DNA of 64,000 nucleotides, taken from Podarcis erhardii (Eukaryota). A program made the translations under genes and the position numbers. Positions 23,726 through 35,264 of this stretch are shown in pieces (position 1 is the first letter of the stretch; every line of letters begins with the position of its first letter). Location: NCBI GenBank assembly GCA_964252035.1, contig OZ176214.1. One strand, 5' to 3'. The notes under the pieces are model-generated. The model had not been told where the DNA came from and did not search any database. It saw only the letters and a program-made list of their open reading frames with translations.

Positions 23726-24252
23726 TAAAGGTTTGAAGGTTGGGCCAGATGGAGCTCTCTTCCAGGTCCTGGAATCCCACCGAACTGGCAAATGGATCTT
23801 ACTTGAACACTAGCAATGGGAGAGCATCCTCCACCAACCCTGAGGCAGCAGGCCAAATTGCAGTGGCGGGACAAAGGGAGGCTATTTGGCAACAGAGGGG
23901 AGTTGCTAGAGGCTCTGGAGCAATAACTGTGAGCTGCAGCTGCCCCTGAGAATCTGCCTCACACTGTCTAATGAGAATGCTGTAGAACCACCAGGTTCTA
24001 ATTCAGACTATATTCAACGAAACCCTTGCTCAACCATGCAGTACACCACAAGAGCAGCCACAGAGAGCTGACAGCATCCTGCTGCAGAGTGTGGTTTCTG
24101 TTCATGGAGAGCAAAAGGGAAAGGCATGGAAGAGGGTACCCTGGAACATTTCCCAGAATCCTCTGCAATGCGCAAGCATTCTGTAGTGAATAAATTGATG
24201 TGGCACTTGTGCCCTGGGGGAAGTAAGTTTGAAAGCCACAGACGTCCACAGC

Positions 24253-24420
24253 AGGAGCCATAGCTAACTGAGTACAGCGTCTGCTCTGCATGAAGAAGGT
24301 GCCAATTCAATTCTCAATGGGATCCCTAGGTATCTTATGCGCAACACCCAGGAGAACCGCTGCCACTCAGTATAGACCATACTGAGATAGACAGAGCAAC
24401 AGCTCTGACTATTACAGCTT
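24253..24420 (+). mobile_element. tRNA-derived SINE (Squam2-like), degraded
   Basis: gccatagctaactgagtacagcgtctgctctgcatgaagaagg...gaccatactgagatag. Confidence 0.6.
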
Positions 24421-25022
24421 TCTACAGTCTATTATTTTAGTTATCTGCTTAACTTACAAATATAACTGCTCTTTGTTATCAAATTCCAGGATGGTTTACA
24501 AAGAAGAAACCCACTGAAACAGTAGTAAGCAAAAATCACAAATACTGTACAACATTCCCATAGTAACCTCCCTGCAACAATGCCAAACAGAAAACATGTC
24601 ACTCAAGAGGCTGGTAAAAAGATGAGCAAGTGTTTGTTTATATAGATCAGTCTCTAACAAACACTAAAACATACTCCAGCAGGGAGCCGGAGTAACAAAT
24701 GTGCTACACCAGCAAAATATCTTTCTCTGGTTGCCACAAGATCTACACTGGTAGTCAATAGGAGCAACCAAGAAGGAATGATGCACAGATCTAAGTGAAT
24801 AGGAAGCTTGACTGAGCTGACTGCTGCTAGCCTGAGTGATGACCCAGTAACTGCTATGTAAAACCACCAGCGGGAGAATTACCACTCTAGTAACCTCTAT
24901 CCTGGAAGGGTCAGGCCTCTCACATCCCTTTCTGCCTACAGCACTTTTCAGTGACAGGTGCAGCTATCAGGAAGTCCTCTTGTTCCTCCAGCTGTTTTTA
25001 AGGAAAGCCAGTTTCACATTAG

Positions 25023-25210
25023 GACGGCTACTGGCCACCATGAGGGCCATGTTTTGCCTCCAGTGTCAGAGACAGAAATGCTTCTGAATACTAGTTCCTG
25101 GAAACCACAGTAAGGAAAAGGGCTCTTGAGCATCTGGTTGGCCACTGTGAGAACAGAATGCTGGACTAGATGGGCCATTGGCCTGCATCCTGCAGGCTCC
25201 TTATTTTCTC
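25023..25210 (+). mobile_element. CR1 3' UTR fragment
   Basis: gcatctggttggccactgtgagaacagaatgctggactagatgggccattggcct. Confidence 0.75.
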
Positions 25211-25637
25211 TTGATTCCCATTAGCGAAGTACAAAACCGAGACATCACCTGAAAACACCACAAGTTCCCAAGGATGGTTTGTGCAGACAGGTAAGGAAAA
25301 AGCTGAGAAGAAATTCTCAAAAGCGCCAGCAAAATACAGTAAGCCCACAACTTATGTGCATTTAACTTGTGTGCAATCAGCAGTTATGTGTGTTGCAAGA
25401 AAAATTAAAAGGGGGTTGACAGGGTGCAGGGTTCCAGGAAAAATGACTTTGGCAATCTGGCGTGCCACTGAACCCAATGTCTCTTGACTATAAGCGATTT
25501 TAGCTTTGGGCGTTGTCCTTGGAACATAAGCCCTGTGTATGTAGCGGGCTTACTGTAGCTCATTCTGGGCCCTTTGAGGACCTTGGGCTGATTTGCTCCC
25601 TTTCTTTGGTTTCGTGCATGAAAGGCAGGCTGCTTAC

Positions 25638-26473
25638 CTGAAAGATCCATATTCAGGAGGATGCTGGTACCTCATCAGTGGCCCGTCAGCTCGGCCTTGC
25701 TGACCCAGGCGGTGGTCGCTGTAGAAATGCCCGGGGTCCATCTGCTTACAGCTCATCGGAGGGGTGGGCATGTTTTTGTAGGGGTACTCGGGAGGAGGCC
25801 CCCTGTGCTCCATCCCTTTCATATTTGGCTGGGGTGGGGCTGTCACAGAGTTCTTGTAGAAGTCGTTGGTCTGCTGGGAAGAGAGCGGGGAGAGCGGGGC
25901 GCTTGTGACGGGTGCGTGGGCCTTCACACCACTGGTGGCCAGAGACAGCTGCATCAGCCTCTCGCTCAGGGAGCGGACGTGCCCTTGCTTTAGGTCCTTG
26001 AGTCCTTCGTCCTGGTGGACCTTCCCAGGGCTCACACGCTGGACTGTCGGGCGCCCCTCAGTCCTCATCTTCTGGTTGGAGACCCCCGTCACATAAAATG
26101 CCGCCCCAACGCTGGCGTGCTGTTGGCCCCTGAAGTACTGGGACTGGACTTTCGCTTCCTCATAGGTTGGGAGGTCTTCGCTGTTCTGGAGCCTTGGGGA
26201 GAGCTGCTTCTCCATGACACTGTTGTCCATTTGTATTTCCTGGCCCTGGGGCTCCTGGCGGGCAACATGGGCTCCGGCCTGGTGGTCCTGAGGGCTCAGC
26301 CCTTCGCTTGGAGCCCCTGGGCTCCCGTTGCTGGCAAAAGTGGGTGCGTTGCCCGTAGCTTGGTGGTGCAAAGCGAGGAGGTTGCGGCTGTCGTTTGGGT
26401 TCCCATATCGCAGCTGCTCCTGCAGCAGGCGCTGTAAAACTGTCGTGGCCGTTTGCTCGTCTGAATTCCTCAT
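25638..26473 (-). CDS. AMOT: Angiomotin, first coding exon (p130-specific N-terminus), 278 codons + 2 nt
   Basis: ORF MRNSDEQ...[16 protein letters not shown]...[17 protein letters not shown]...[11 protein letters not shown]...PPPEYP...HPPEYG matches AMOT p130. It includes LPTY and two PPEY WW-binding motifs, the HxRxxS LATS site and the RQEPQG tankyrase motif. Donor AG|GTAAGC after 25638 (phase 2). Confidence 0.97.
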
Positions 26474-26531
26474 CTCAACTGCGAGGCCTCAGGGGTGGAA
26501 TGCGAAAGGGGGCACGCAGGCTGCCCGTGAC
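26474..26531 (-). other. AMOT: 58-nt 5' leader portion of the p130 exon
   Basis: Strong acceptor cccctcttttctttccctcctttccag|GTCAC at 26532|26531. In-frame TGA 15 nt upstream of the ATG; start context GTTGAG-ATG-A. Confidence 0.75.
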
Positions 26532-26689
26532 CTGGAAAGGAGGGAAAGAAAAGAGGGGATTGTTGGCCTACATGTTGAGTGAGAAAGGTGGAAGTTCGGA
26601 GGGAGAAGGCAGAAAACCCCATACCTTTCCTTATTCAGCGAGTGGGGCTTAACAAAAAGATTGCCATTAGCACCTTGGGACCAGTTTGT

Positions 26690-26890
26690 CTATGAGCCTT
26701 ACCCTGACTGCTTCAATATGTGGCATTAGCACTATTACGGGCGCTGCCTGTTCCACATTTGCAAGAAATCAATCTTTTAGTGTTGCTGGACCTATAGTCT
26801 GGAACTCCCTGCTTATTGACATCAGGCAAGGCACCTTCAATGCACTCTTTCCAGTGCCTGCTAAAAACATTTTTGTTTAGACCTACCTGC
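26690..26890 (+). mobile_element. Old L2 3' fragment just upstream of the p130 exon acceptor
   Basis: SFSVAGPIVWNSLLIDIRQ. Confidence 0.65.
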
Positions 26891-26939
26891 ACAGACATGA
26901 AGAATGCTGTCCAAGTTTGGACATCGCAACAAGCTAGTC

Positions 26940-27641
26940 CACTGGTTCCCTAACAGTTTTGGCCCATCAGCCCCTTGGTTCCAATAAGCTGGTGCCCATT
27001 CCCCACCAATCTTACCTTATAAAGAATGTTATTTAGAATAGCGGTTTTCATGATCCACTAAGGAATGTAATAAGATAATAAAATTTGGAACAGTATCAGT
27101 TACTTGCACATTTATTCAAAATCCAACAAAAATTGTTCCGTTTAATTGATCCAACCCGACCAGGGGTAGGCAACCTAAGGCCTGGGGGCCAGATGTGGCC
27201 CAATCGCCTTCTCAATCCGGCCCATGGATGGTCCGGGAATCAGCGTGTTTTTACATGAGTAGAATGTGTCCTTTTATTTAAAATGCTTCTCTGGGTTATT
27301 TGTGGGACCTGCCTGGTGTTTTTACATGAGTAGAATGTGTGCTTTTATTTAAAATGCTTCTCTGGGTTATTTGTGGGGCATAGGAATTCACTCATTTATT
27401 TATTTTTTCAAAATATAGTCCGGCCCACCACAAGGTCTGAGGGACGGTGGACTGGCCCACGACTGAAAAAGGTTGCTGACCCCTGAACCAAACTGATGAA
27501 CTTGATCCAGTGACAGCAGCTTTTCAAAGTCTGAGTGTCATTTACACCCTCAGCGCCTCCTGCTGTCCCCTTGCCTCTTAGAACCCCCTTACATAATCCC
27601 ACCTCTACCAGGTAGTGCTACTGCCCCTTTGGGAACCACTG
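26940..27641 (-). mobile_element. Charlie-like hAT MITE (CAGTGGTTCCC TIR) with a second hAT MITE nested at 27161-27485
   Basis: Outer TSD agctagtc/aactagac. Inner element CAGGGGTAGGCAACC...GGTTGCTGACCCCTG has a roughly 70-bp internal tandem duplication. Confidence 0.8.
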
Positions 27642-29197
27642 AACTAGACTCTGACTTGTTTCCTGGCAGCAGCAGGAGTAGAGAAGGAGCACAGAAATGA
27701 TTGTTAAATGTAAACAAGGTGGAGAGCTTAACACTTTGTTTTGCACTGGGTAACCCATGAGGAACCAGAGTGAAAACGGATTCTAAGCTCCCCCTTGCTT
27801 GCTGGGCAAGACTTAATTTGTACACAGGCTCTGGGAGAACAGGGAATTCTCTCTTTCTAACCCTCATTCACTATTTGTGGGGCAGTTCCAAAGGCTTGCC
27901 TATATGCAATTTCTGGGATCGTATGCTAGAAACAATTAGAAATGTCATCAATCAATCAATACCAAAAAAATGTTATATGGTTGTATAAAACAATACAAAT
28001 AAACCAGTCTAATTTAACAGCTTAAAACTAAGCAGGAGAGGGAATAATGCCTAACACAGTAAAAATATTTTTTTTAAAGTAATATACCAATCATCCACAC
28101 TCTCCAGAGGATGCAATTATTTCTAAGAGTTTGTATCCAAGATTAAATCTTCAAAGATCCAGAGGTCATGGCCACTAAAAAGTCCCCAGTTTCTAGCTGT
28201 TTTCTGCAACTCAGGAGCACCCCCTTGCAACCAAGTTGAGATTTCCTGCTGCGAGATTTGGGACTCTCCTCTGGTTGGGTAGAAGAGCCGAAGACAGCCT
28301 TTCAGCCCACTCTCCAGAAAGCCTTTTGATGTGCTGAAGAGGAAAACTTTCAATTGTTGTACGATTTGCATAAGCAAGCAAACAAACAAACTGCTTGCAC
28401 GCAGTAAAATGGACTACTTCTCTCTTGGGCCAGGAGCAGGAGGTGAGATCTGGCTGATTTTCACCCCTTAAATCACTAACTTTGCAGGTAGCAACTGATG
28501 GTATCTTCTGGGGAATTTCAGATAGTCTCTCAGTGTGAGACCCATTGATGCTTGCAAGTTTTACTTGTGGACTTCTTGCTGTGCTGGCTGGTTATTTAAG
28601 GGGTTTCTAATTGGTTCTGGTTTTGCTTCTCAAAACGGCTCTAGCAGCAAAGCAGTGCCTCTCTTCTCTTGCTTTGGCTTTCATTTCTTCTAATAATAAT
28701 ATTTTTGCTGGCTTCCCTGCAGAAAACGGTTTTCCCCCTTTATTTGGGTTCTGCTGCATCTCTCTTTTTTCCCCTAGGAATGCAGGGCTGGGGAGAGCAG
28801 ACTGAAAATTATGACAAAAAAGGAAGATTTCCTTTGGGTTTCCTTTCCTGATCCAATAGTCACTTTTGACTGGACTTAACTGTCCAGGAGTCATTTACCT
28901 TTACCCTTTCTGTGTACCTACCCATTCTGAAGTTTTATTTTGTGTATCTGATGGTGTGTTTGGTATGGAGCAGGGAGTGAAAGCAGGGTAAATATTCTTA
29001 TATCTTGAAATAGATAAGAAAACCATTCTGGTTTAATTCATCGTTCCGGTCCTATCCATCTGTGATAGTGAGTTAAATTTACTGGATGCATGTTGTCTGC
29101 TTTTTGAACCTAGGTTTGCAGCATGAGACACAGCATCTTTCTAGTCCTTTCTGGAGATCACAGAATCATAGAGTTGGAAGGGACCCTGAGGATCATC

Positions 29198-29287
29198 CAT
29201 AGTTGTCAACGTATCCCCATTTTAAAGGGAAATTCCCTTATTCCGAATAGGATTTCCCTTAAAAAAAGGGGAAAGTTGACAGCTATG
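29198..29287. mobile_element. 90-bp hAT MITE
   Basis: Perfect TSD GGATCATC; TIR CATAG(T/C)TGTCAAC. Confidence 0.88.
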
Positions 29288-29299
29288 GGATCATCTAGT

Positions 29300-29760
29300 C
29301 CAGCAAAGTTTGCTGATGACACTAAGTTGTACAGGGTTGTTGTTGTTGTTGAACTATAAGAGGCTATGAGGCGACCAAAAGGATCTCTCCAAACGGGGTG
29401 AATGAGAATTAAAATCACAAAACTGGTTCAATGTTAACAAGTGTAAAGTGATGCCTGCTGATTCTAACATTACATATGTTACTGAGGTCTGAGCTGGTGG
29501 TGACTGACCAAGAATGGCATCTTATGGTCATAGTGGATGGATCAATTAAGATGTTGATCCAGTTGTGGCAGCGGTAAAAAAAAAAGGGGGGGAATTAAAG
29601 TTTAGGGATCATTTTGAAAAGGATTGAAAACGGAACTGGCAATATCATAACCACTTTATACAAGTCTATGGAACAACTGCTCTAGAAATACTGTTTATAA
29701 TTCTGGTCACCACATCTCTTAAAGGATATCATAATGCTGGAAAAATTTAGAAAAGGGCAT
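29300..29760 (+). mobile_element. Old CR1 RT fragment
   Basis: KFADDTKLYRVV and FNVNKCKVM motifs, with stops and frameshifts. Confidence 0.75.
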
Positions 29761-31359
29761 AAAACCTCAATTCTGTTGTCGTTACTCTTGAATATCACAT
29801 TTCCAGAAGGCATGGATTGAAATATTCATCTTCTCTCCCCTCCCCTCCCAAGGCATACAAAGGAGAAATTTATAAGATGGTAGCTGAATGGGAATGAAAT
29901 GCAAAAAATACGGCCAGTGATAATTACAGCTTAATTGTATGTTCAATAAGCGGTGAGATCAAACATGGGAGAAGTGGGGGTTTTTGGGTTGCGGAGAACG
30001 ATACAGCTCCTTGCCAAGGGTGCAAACAACCCTCGACATGCCTCTGTCACTGAGTTCAACTGCGACTTAGCTGTCCAAAACTATGTGTAGGTTTATCACA
30101 TTATCCAGCTTCTCCAGCAAAGTATCCTTGGATCTTTCATATATACAGGGATAATTGAGAGATCTCATGGATTGACCTCCATCGAAATTTTATCAAACAG
30201 GACCGTGCCACCATCATCACAAGAAAGCCAAAACACTGTTGGGATATCTTAGGAAAGATTTCAAAACAATATTGTCAAAAATGAATAGGCTGAATGTGTG
30301 ACTCTGCTCCTGAAAATATTTTAAGAACCAACTCCTGGATCTGTTGCTAGGGGGAGTATTAGAAAACAAATTGCAGTCCATTTAGCAAATAAATTAGTAT
30401 TACACACTACTGTAATGATAATAGTGCTACCTTCTTATAATCGGTTTATGGATTTAGCACAAGTAATACATAAAATATCATTGTCATATCAAGTAGTGTT
30501 TCTTACTAATCTAGAACAATATGTTACACCCACACCAGTATTTATAAATATTAATTATTCAAATGACTTGTGGTCGGCACCTAAGGCTGAATCCCATTTA
30601 TGTTTGTCCAATTAACAATTGCTATGAAAAATGTGATATTAAAAATGTGTCACTGCAATAAAGCTTTGCGATACATAAAAAAGAATGCATTTTAAAAGCT
30701 CACTCTGAAACCTGGTAAGGGAGGGCAGTGAAGAGCTCCTTGCTCACCACTGCTCCTTCTGCCTGCGGTCAAACCTATCTTACTGCGGTTGGCAAACTAA
30801 GATACAAGCATTTTCCAACAGAGATTTATACAGCCACATGAAAGCTGCCCACAGTTATCTTCTTGCTTGGAAAAGATTGTGGACGCCTTTGATGTACCTT
30901 AGAAAACAAACTTAAATTGGCGACTCCAGCCTTGGCTCTTGCAGCATGAAGTGGGAGTTCTGGTATGAGAGATGACGATAGTCCCTCTTTTCTTCCTTAG
31001 TCAAGAGTGGCAGCGTATTTTTGGGTCCCTTGAAATTTGGGTTAGCTTGGCAATTCCTTGACACTTTAGAAAATTCTGAAAAACAAGAAATGGTGGAAAC
31101 TGATTAAATAAGGCAGTACAGTATTAGAAAGCAGCTACTAACTTAACTCTGGAGGCATGGTGAGATAGGCTATGCAACACAGCCCTTATAGAGAAATGAA
31201 TGAAGCATCTTAGCGTGCTCAGGAACACAAAGGCCAACGGTGATTTTGAAACTGTATGGCCCCTGGCCCATGTATATTCAGTGTGCTGGAAAGTGCAGTG
31301 CTGCCCCCCACCCACAGCTGCCCACAGCTTCCTCTGGGCAAATCTGTTAAGACAGAGAG

Positions 31360-31508
31360 TAGAACTGTAGAGTTGCAAGGGACCCTGAGGATCATCTAGT
31401 CCAACCCCCTGCAATGCAGGTATATGAAGCTGTCCCATAGGGGATCAAATATGAAACCTTGGCATTATCATCACTCTAGACAACGGAGACATTTAACTGA
31501 TGTGATCC
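31360..31508 (-). mobile_element. Second, more decayed tRNA-Ile/CR1 SINE
   Basis: gaccctgaggatcatctagtccaaccccctgcaatgcagg.atatg.agctgtcccat.gggatcaaa, inverted copy of 13992-14145. Confidence 0.65.
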
Positions 31509-31564
31509 ACTCTAAACTATTTAAAAATTTAATGTTTGGCTGCATTTCTTACATGGTATACGCA

Positions 31565-32070
31565 CAGGGGCGCCGACTTATAAAAAATATTGGGGGGGCG
31601 GGGGCCCATACCGACTTATAAAAAATATTGGGGGGCCCAAGACCTCCAAACCGCTGCTGCTGGAGGAACGAAAGGGGCGAGCCCCGGGCTGCCCCGACCT
31701 TAAGTGAACCTGTGAGGGCCCGCCCTTTGCGGCAGCCGATTGGCTGCCGCCATGGGCGGTGAATATTAATGAGCTAGGTGGAATCCCCGCTTCTCGTGGG
31801 GCTGACAGCGAGATTGTTGATGGGTCGAGAGCCCGCAACCCCACCCCCTCTCTAGATCGGGAGTGGCTTTGTTTTAACTCATTACTGAATGTATTTTAAA
31901 AGGTAACTATCGTCAAACAAGGAAAATAAAAAATACCAACATAATTTTGTGATTTTACAAAGCATAATATAACTAATAATTTTTTTAAATTATTGGGGGG
32001 GCAGAGGCCCCCCAAACGAATTTTTGAGGGGGCTCGGGCCCCCTCAGGCCCCATGGAGTCGGCGCCTATG
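31565..32070. mobile_element. hAT MITE, 506 bp
   Basis: Perfect 8-bp TSD TATACGCA (31557-64 / 32071-78); 14-bp TIR CA(GG/TA)GGCGCCGACT. Confidence 0.88.
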
Positions 32071-32434
32071 TATACGCATGGAATGTTTATTGGGGGTTAG
32101 GGATAACATGTTTATGTTTGTTACGTGTCCTTTTAGAAACTGAAAAATAAAGTTAAGAATTGTTGGGATTTTTTTTAAGGAAACATTCCTACTTTCATCT
32201 GCGGCATTTGATAACACTGCATCCAGTTTTGACATGCTTGATTAAAATGATGCATTAAAAAGATATTACTTTAAGCAAAAGGAAGTGCAGTAAACAGCAC
32301 CTATTTCTAGGTAAAGAAGCACATTTTCTTCTTAAGTTCCGACCCTAAGCGAAATAAAACTGAGCAGATCAGAATCAGTTAAAATTACAATCTAAGTAAG
32401 TTGAATGCTGCCAATGTCAGTGCTGACACAAATA

Positions 32435-32660
32435 CAAACGCTTCAGGTTGCGTTTCTTCACGTTACGGACCGCCGAAACCTGGAAGTACCGGAATGGGTT
32501 ACTTCCAGGTTTCAGTGGTCACGCATGCACAAAAGAGCTAAACCGCGCTTTGCACATGTGCCAAATTGCAACCCGCGCGTGCGCAGACATGGGTTGCGAA
32601 CACTGCGGGTTGCGAACGTGCATCCCGCAGGGATCACGTTTGCAACCTGAGTGTCCACTT
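32435..32660. mobile_element. Tigger-like MITE, one end lost
   Basis: ccgaaacctggaagtaccggaatgggttacttcc core as in the 20.1 kb copy; right end gcaacctgagtgtccact. Confidence 0.7.
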
Positions 32661-32879
32661 TAAGGCACAAGAGCCTTTCCGGACCCCCCCCCAGTGGCCC
32701 ATAGCACCCCAGACGATAAAAGAGCTGACTTCAACACTAGAGAGGCACGTTATCTGTAGGGCAAGGGGGCTGGTCTCCCAATGATAACTACATTAGCCTC
32801 TCTCCATTGCACTTAAATTATTAACAGTCCAGCAGAAAGAACAGAGTCTCACCAGTGACTCGGGTCCTGCTAGAGAGGA

Positions 32880-33113
32880 TCCCACAAGGCATCTTGTTGG
32901 CCATGTGAGAAGAGGATGCAGGACTAGATGGGCCACCGGGTATTCAGCAGGGGCTCTTCTTACATAATTACAGAAGCCACCAGAGAGTGCTCTTATCCTC
33001 AGATCCTGATTGTGGACTTCTCATTGGGGCATTTGGTTGGCCACTGTGATAAAAGGTCGCTGGGCTAGATGGGCTATTGGTCTGATCCCACAGGCTCTCC
33101 CTCTGTTCTTATG
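32880..33113 (+). mobile_element. Two tandem CR1 3' UTR tails
   Basis: Repeated gcat(c/t)tggttggcca...gctagatgggc...ctct..ttcttatg motif. Confidence 0.65.
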
Positions 33114-33914
33114 TATTTGTCACTTGCAACCAAAAATTAAAGCTATGGGAACAGGCAGCCGAGCCTTGTGTGACAGAGTTTGTTTTGGCTGGCAGGAGTG
33201 TGTGCATGTGTGTATGCAAGCGTGTGATAACAGCAGCTGTTTCTGCAACGTGAAAGGATTTTGGAGCATGTTGTTTGTATGCATTTGGTCTTTGGAGGAA
33301 GAGCTGGTATTCGGGGGGGGGGTGAGTAGAGGAGATGTGCTTTAATTCACCAATCCTCCTAACACCCTACTCTTCTGCCAAAATTGATCAAGGATTTATT
33401 ACAAAACTCTCTCTGTGTGGGGTGGGGTGGGGTGGGTGAGTGTAATTTGGTTCCATAACCCATTTGAATTGGACACCCCTTCTCTACATTCTAGCAAATT
33501 GTGAGGAACAAAATCAGTAACTAAAGGACATAGGTTGAATGACAATATGCCATTGTTTTGTTTCTTATTCAGATATTGAGGGAGACAGTCACTCAGCACC
33601 ACCAGTATATGCAAATGCTTGGCTCATTTAAGACTTTACAGAAACTGTTCTGAATAATGATGGAACTCTGAACTATAGATATGTTATAAAGCAAGATGAG
33701 TTGGCAGAGGAACTGAGGGAGAGTGCCAAATAGCATCTTGGAATGTTTTTTTAAAAGCAGATATAAAAAGTAGATATTGCAATAACAATTATTATTTCAC
33801 CCAAGTTCAAGTCTTTATTTGTGATTAAACACACAGAGAATCTCTATTGAGCCACTGATTGTATGGATTCTGTGGCTAAACCCAAGAAGATAATCAAATT
33901 TAAACTGGTTAAAT

Positions 33915-34175
33915 AAGAAGCGACATGACAGAAGTTTATGAAATTATGCATGCCATGAGAAATTCGGTAACGAGACAAATTCATGGAGGAGAGGGCTGTG
34001 GGTGGCTCCTAGCCATGATGGCTCTGCTCTGCCTCCACAGCTGGAGGCAGCTATGCTTCTGAATACCAGTTGCTGGAAACCACAGGAGGGAGAGCTCTTG
34101 CACTCAAATCTTGCTTGTGGGCTTCCCATTGGGGCATTTGGTTGGCCACTGTGAGAGAAGGATGCTGTAGATGGG
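33915..34175 (+). mobile_element. CR1 3' fragment with internal deletion
   Basis: gacatgacagaagtttatgaaattatgcatg...ctctgcctccacagctggaggcagc...ggttggccactgtgag. Confidence 0.75.
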
Positions 34176-34696
34176 AACTGCCTTGAACCCGAAGGTTCTT
34201 CTTATTTTCCTAAAACAAATATCCTCCTGCTAGATTCAGAAGGATGTACCAGTGTTTGGCACTCTGCTGCCCCCCCCCCCGGATGTTTTGGACTGCAGTT
34301 ACCATCAGCCGCAGCCAGCACAACTGCCGGGAAAAGGCTTCCTAAAGACATCTGCCAACAAACATTCCAGCAAAGGTAAATCCAAGTCTTAGAACAACAG
34401 AGAAGCAGAACCTTTCTGGCACGTTTTACAAGGAGCTTACTAAAACCATTCTTACTTCAGCTGTCCATTTTTTTAAAAAAAAATGCCCAAAGCCACTCAC
34501 AACACAAACATAGTTAAAATAACAAGCAGTGAAGGGAAATACAAGGGAAACGGGGGGCGGGGGGGACAGATACAGACTGAAATACAAAGACTAAAACCTT
34601 AACAGAGCAGCTGGTCAAATATCTGCTGTAAAAGAAAAGTCCTCCTCTTGCAACAGAGGACCACAAGAAAGGAGGGCCAGGCAGGACCCACTAGGA

Positions 34697-35088
34697 GAGT
34701 GGTGGCGAACCTATGACACGCATGCCAGAGAGGGCACTCAGAGCCCTCTCAGTGGGCACGCGCGCAGTTGCCGCAGCAGGGCCGAACCAGACTTCCCTCA
34801 CTCAGCACCGGGCCGCCAGAGCTGGAGGAGGGGGTGGTTGCTGTTGTGGCAGCGGCAGCGGAGGGACCCAGCGCTGGTGGGCGGCAGGTGCTTGCTTGCT
34901 TGCTGCCCGGCCTGCCTTCACTCACTAGGAAAATTAAGTGTGGCACTCAAAATGGAAGTTATACTCAGAACAGAGCATGTTCGGCTTCTGAAAAATATTC
35001 CAAAACCGGAACACTCATTTCTGGGTTTGAAGTGCTCAGGTTCCAAGTAGTTTGAGAACTAAGCTGTTCAAAAACTGAGGTACCACTG
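34697..35088. mobile_element. hAT left half fused to Tigger-like MITE right half
   Basis: gagtggtggcgaacctatgacacgc start (hAT-type) and ...gaggtaccactg-TA end; junction near 34950. Confidence 0.65.
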
Positions 35089-35264
35089 TATTTATTTTTC
35101 CCAATTTGAACTGTATTTACCCCCCCCCCCAGTGGTGATTTTCTTGAGTCAATATGAGAGTATCCCTAAACATTTTTTTAGAAAAATAGAACTGAGTTAT
35201 ACCATAAAATTATATATCAATGGAAAGAAAATTTAATGAAGAATGTAATGCAATAACTTTTATG

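Noticed and set aside
28088-28333. Candidate non-coding AMOT exon (acceptor ttttcctcttcag at 28334|28333)
   Set aside because: Position is plausible for a 5' UTR exon, but I found no convincing donor, so boundaries cannot be supported without RNA data.
28443-28487. Plus-strand GTGAGA donor and CACTAAC...TTTGCAG acceptor
   Set aside because: The implied 45-nt intron is too short for vertebrates and the branch point is too close to the AG.
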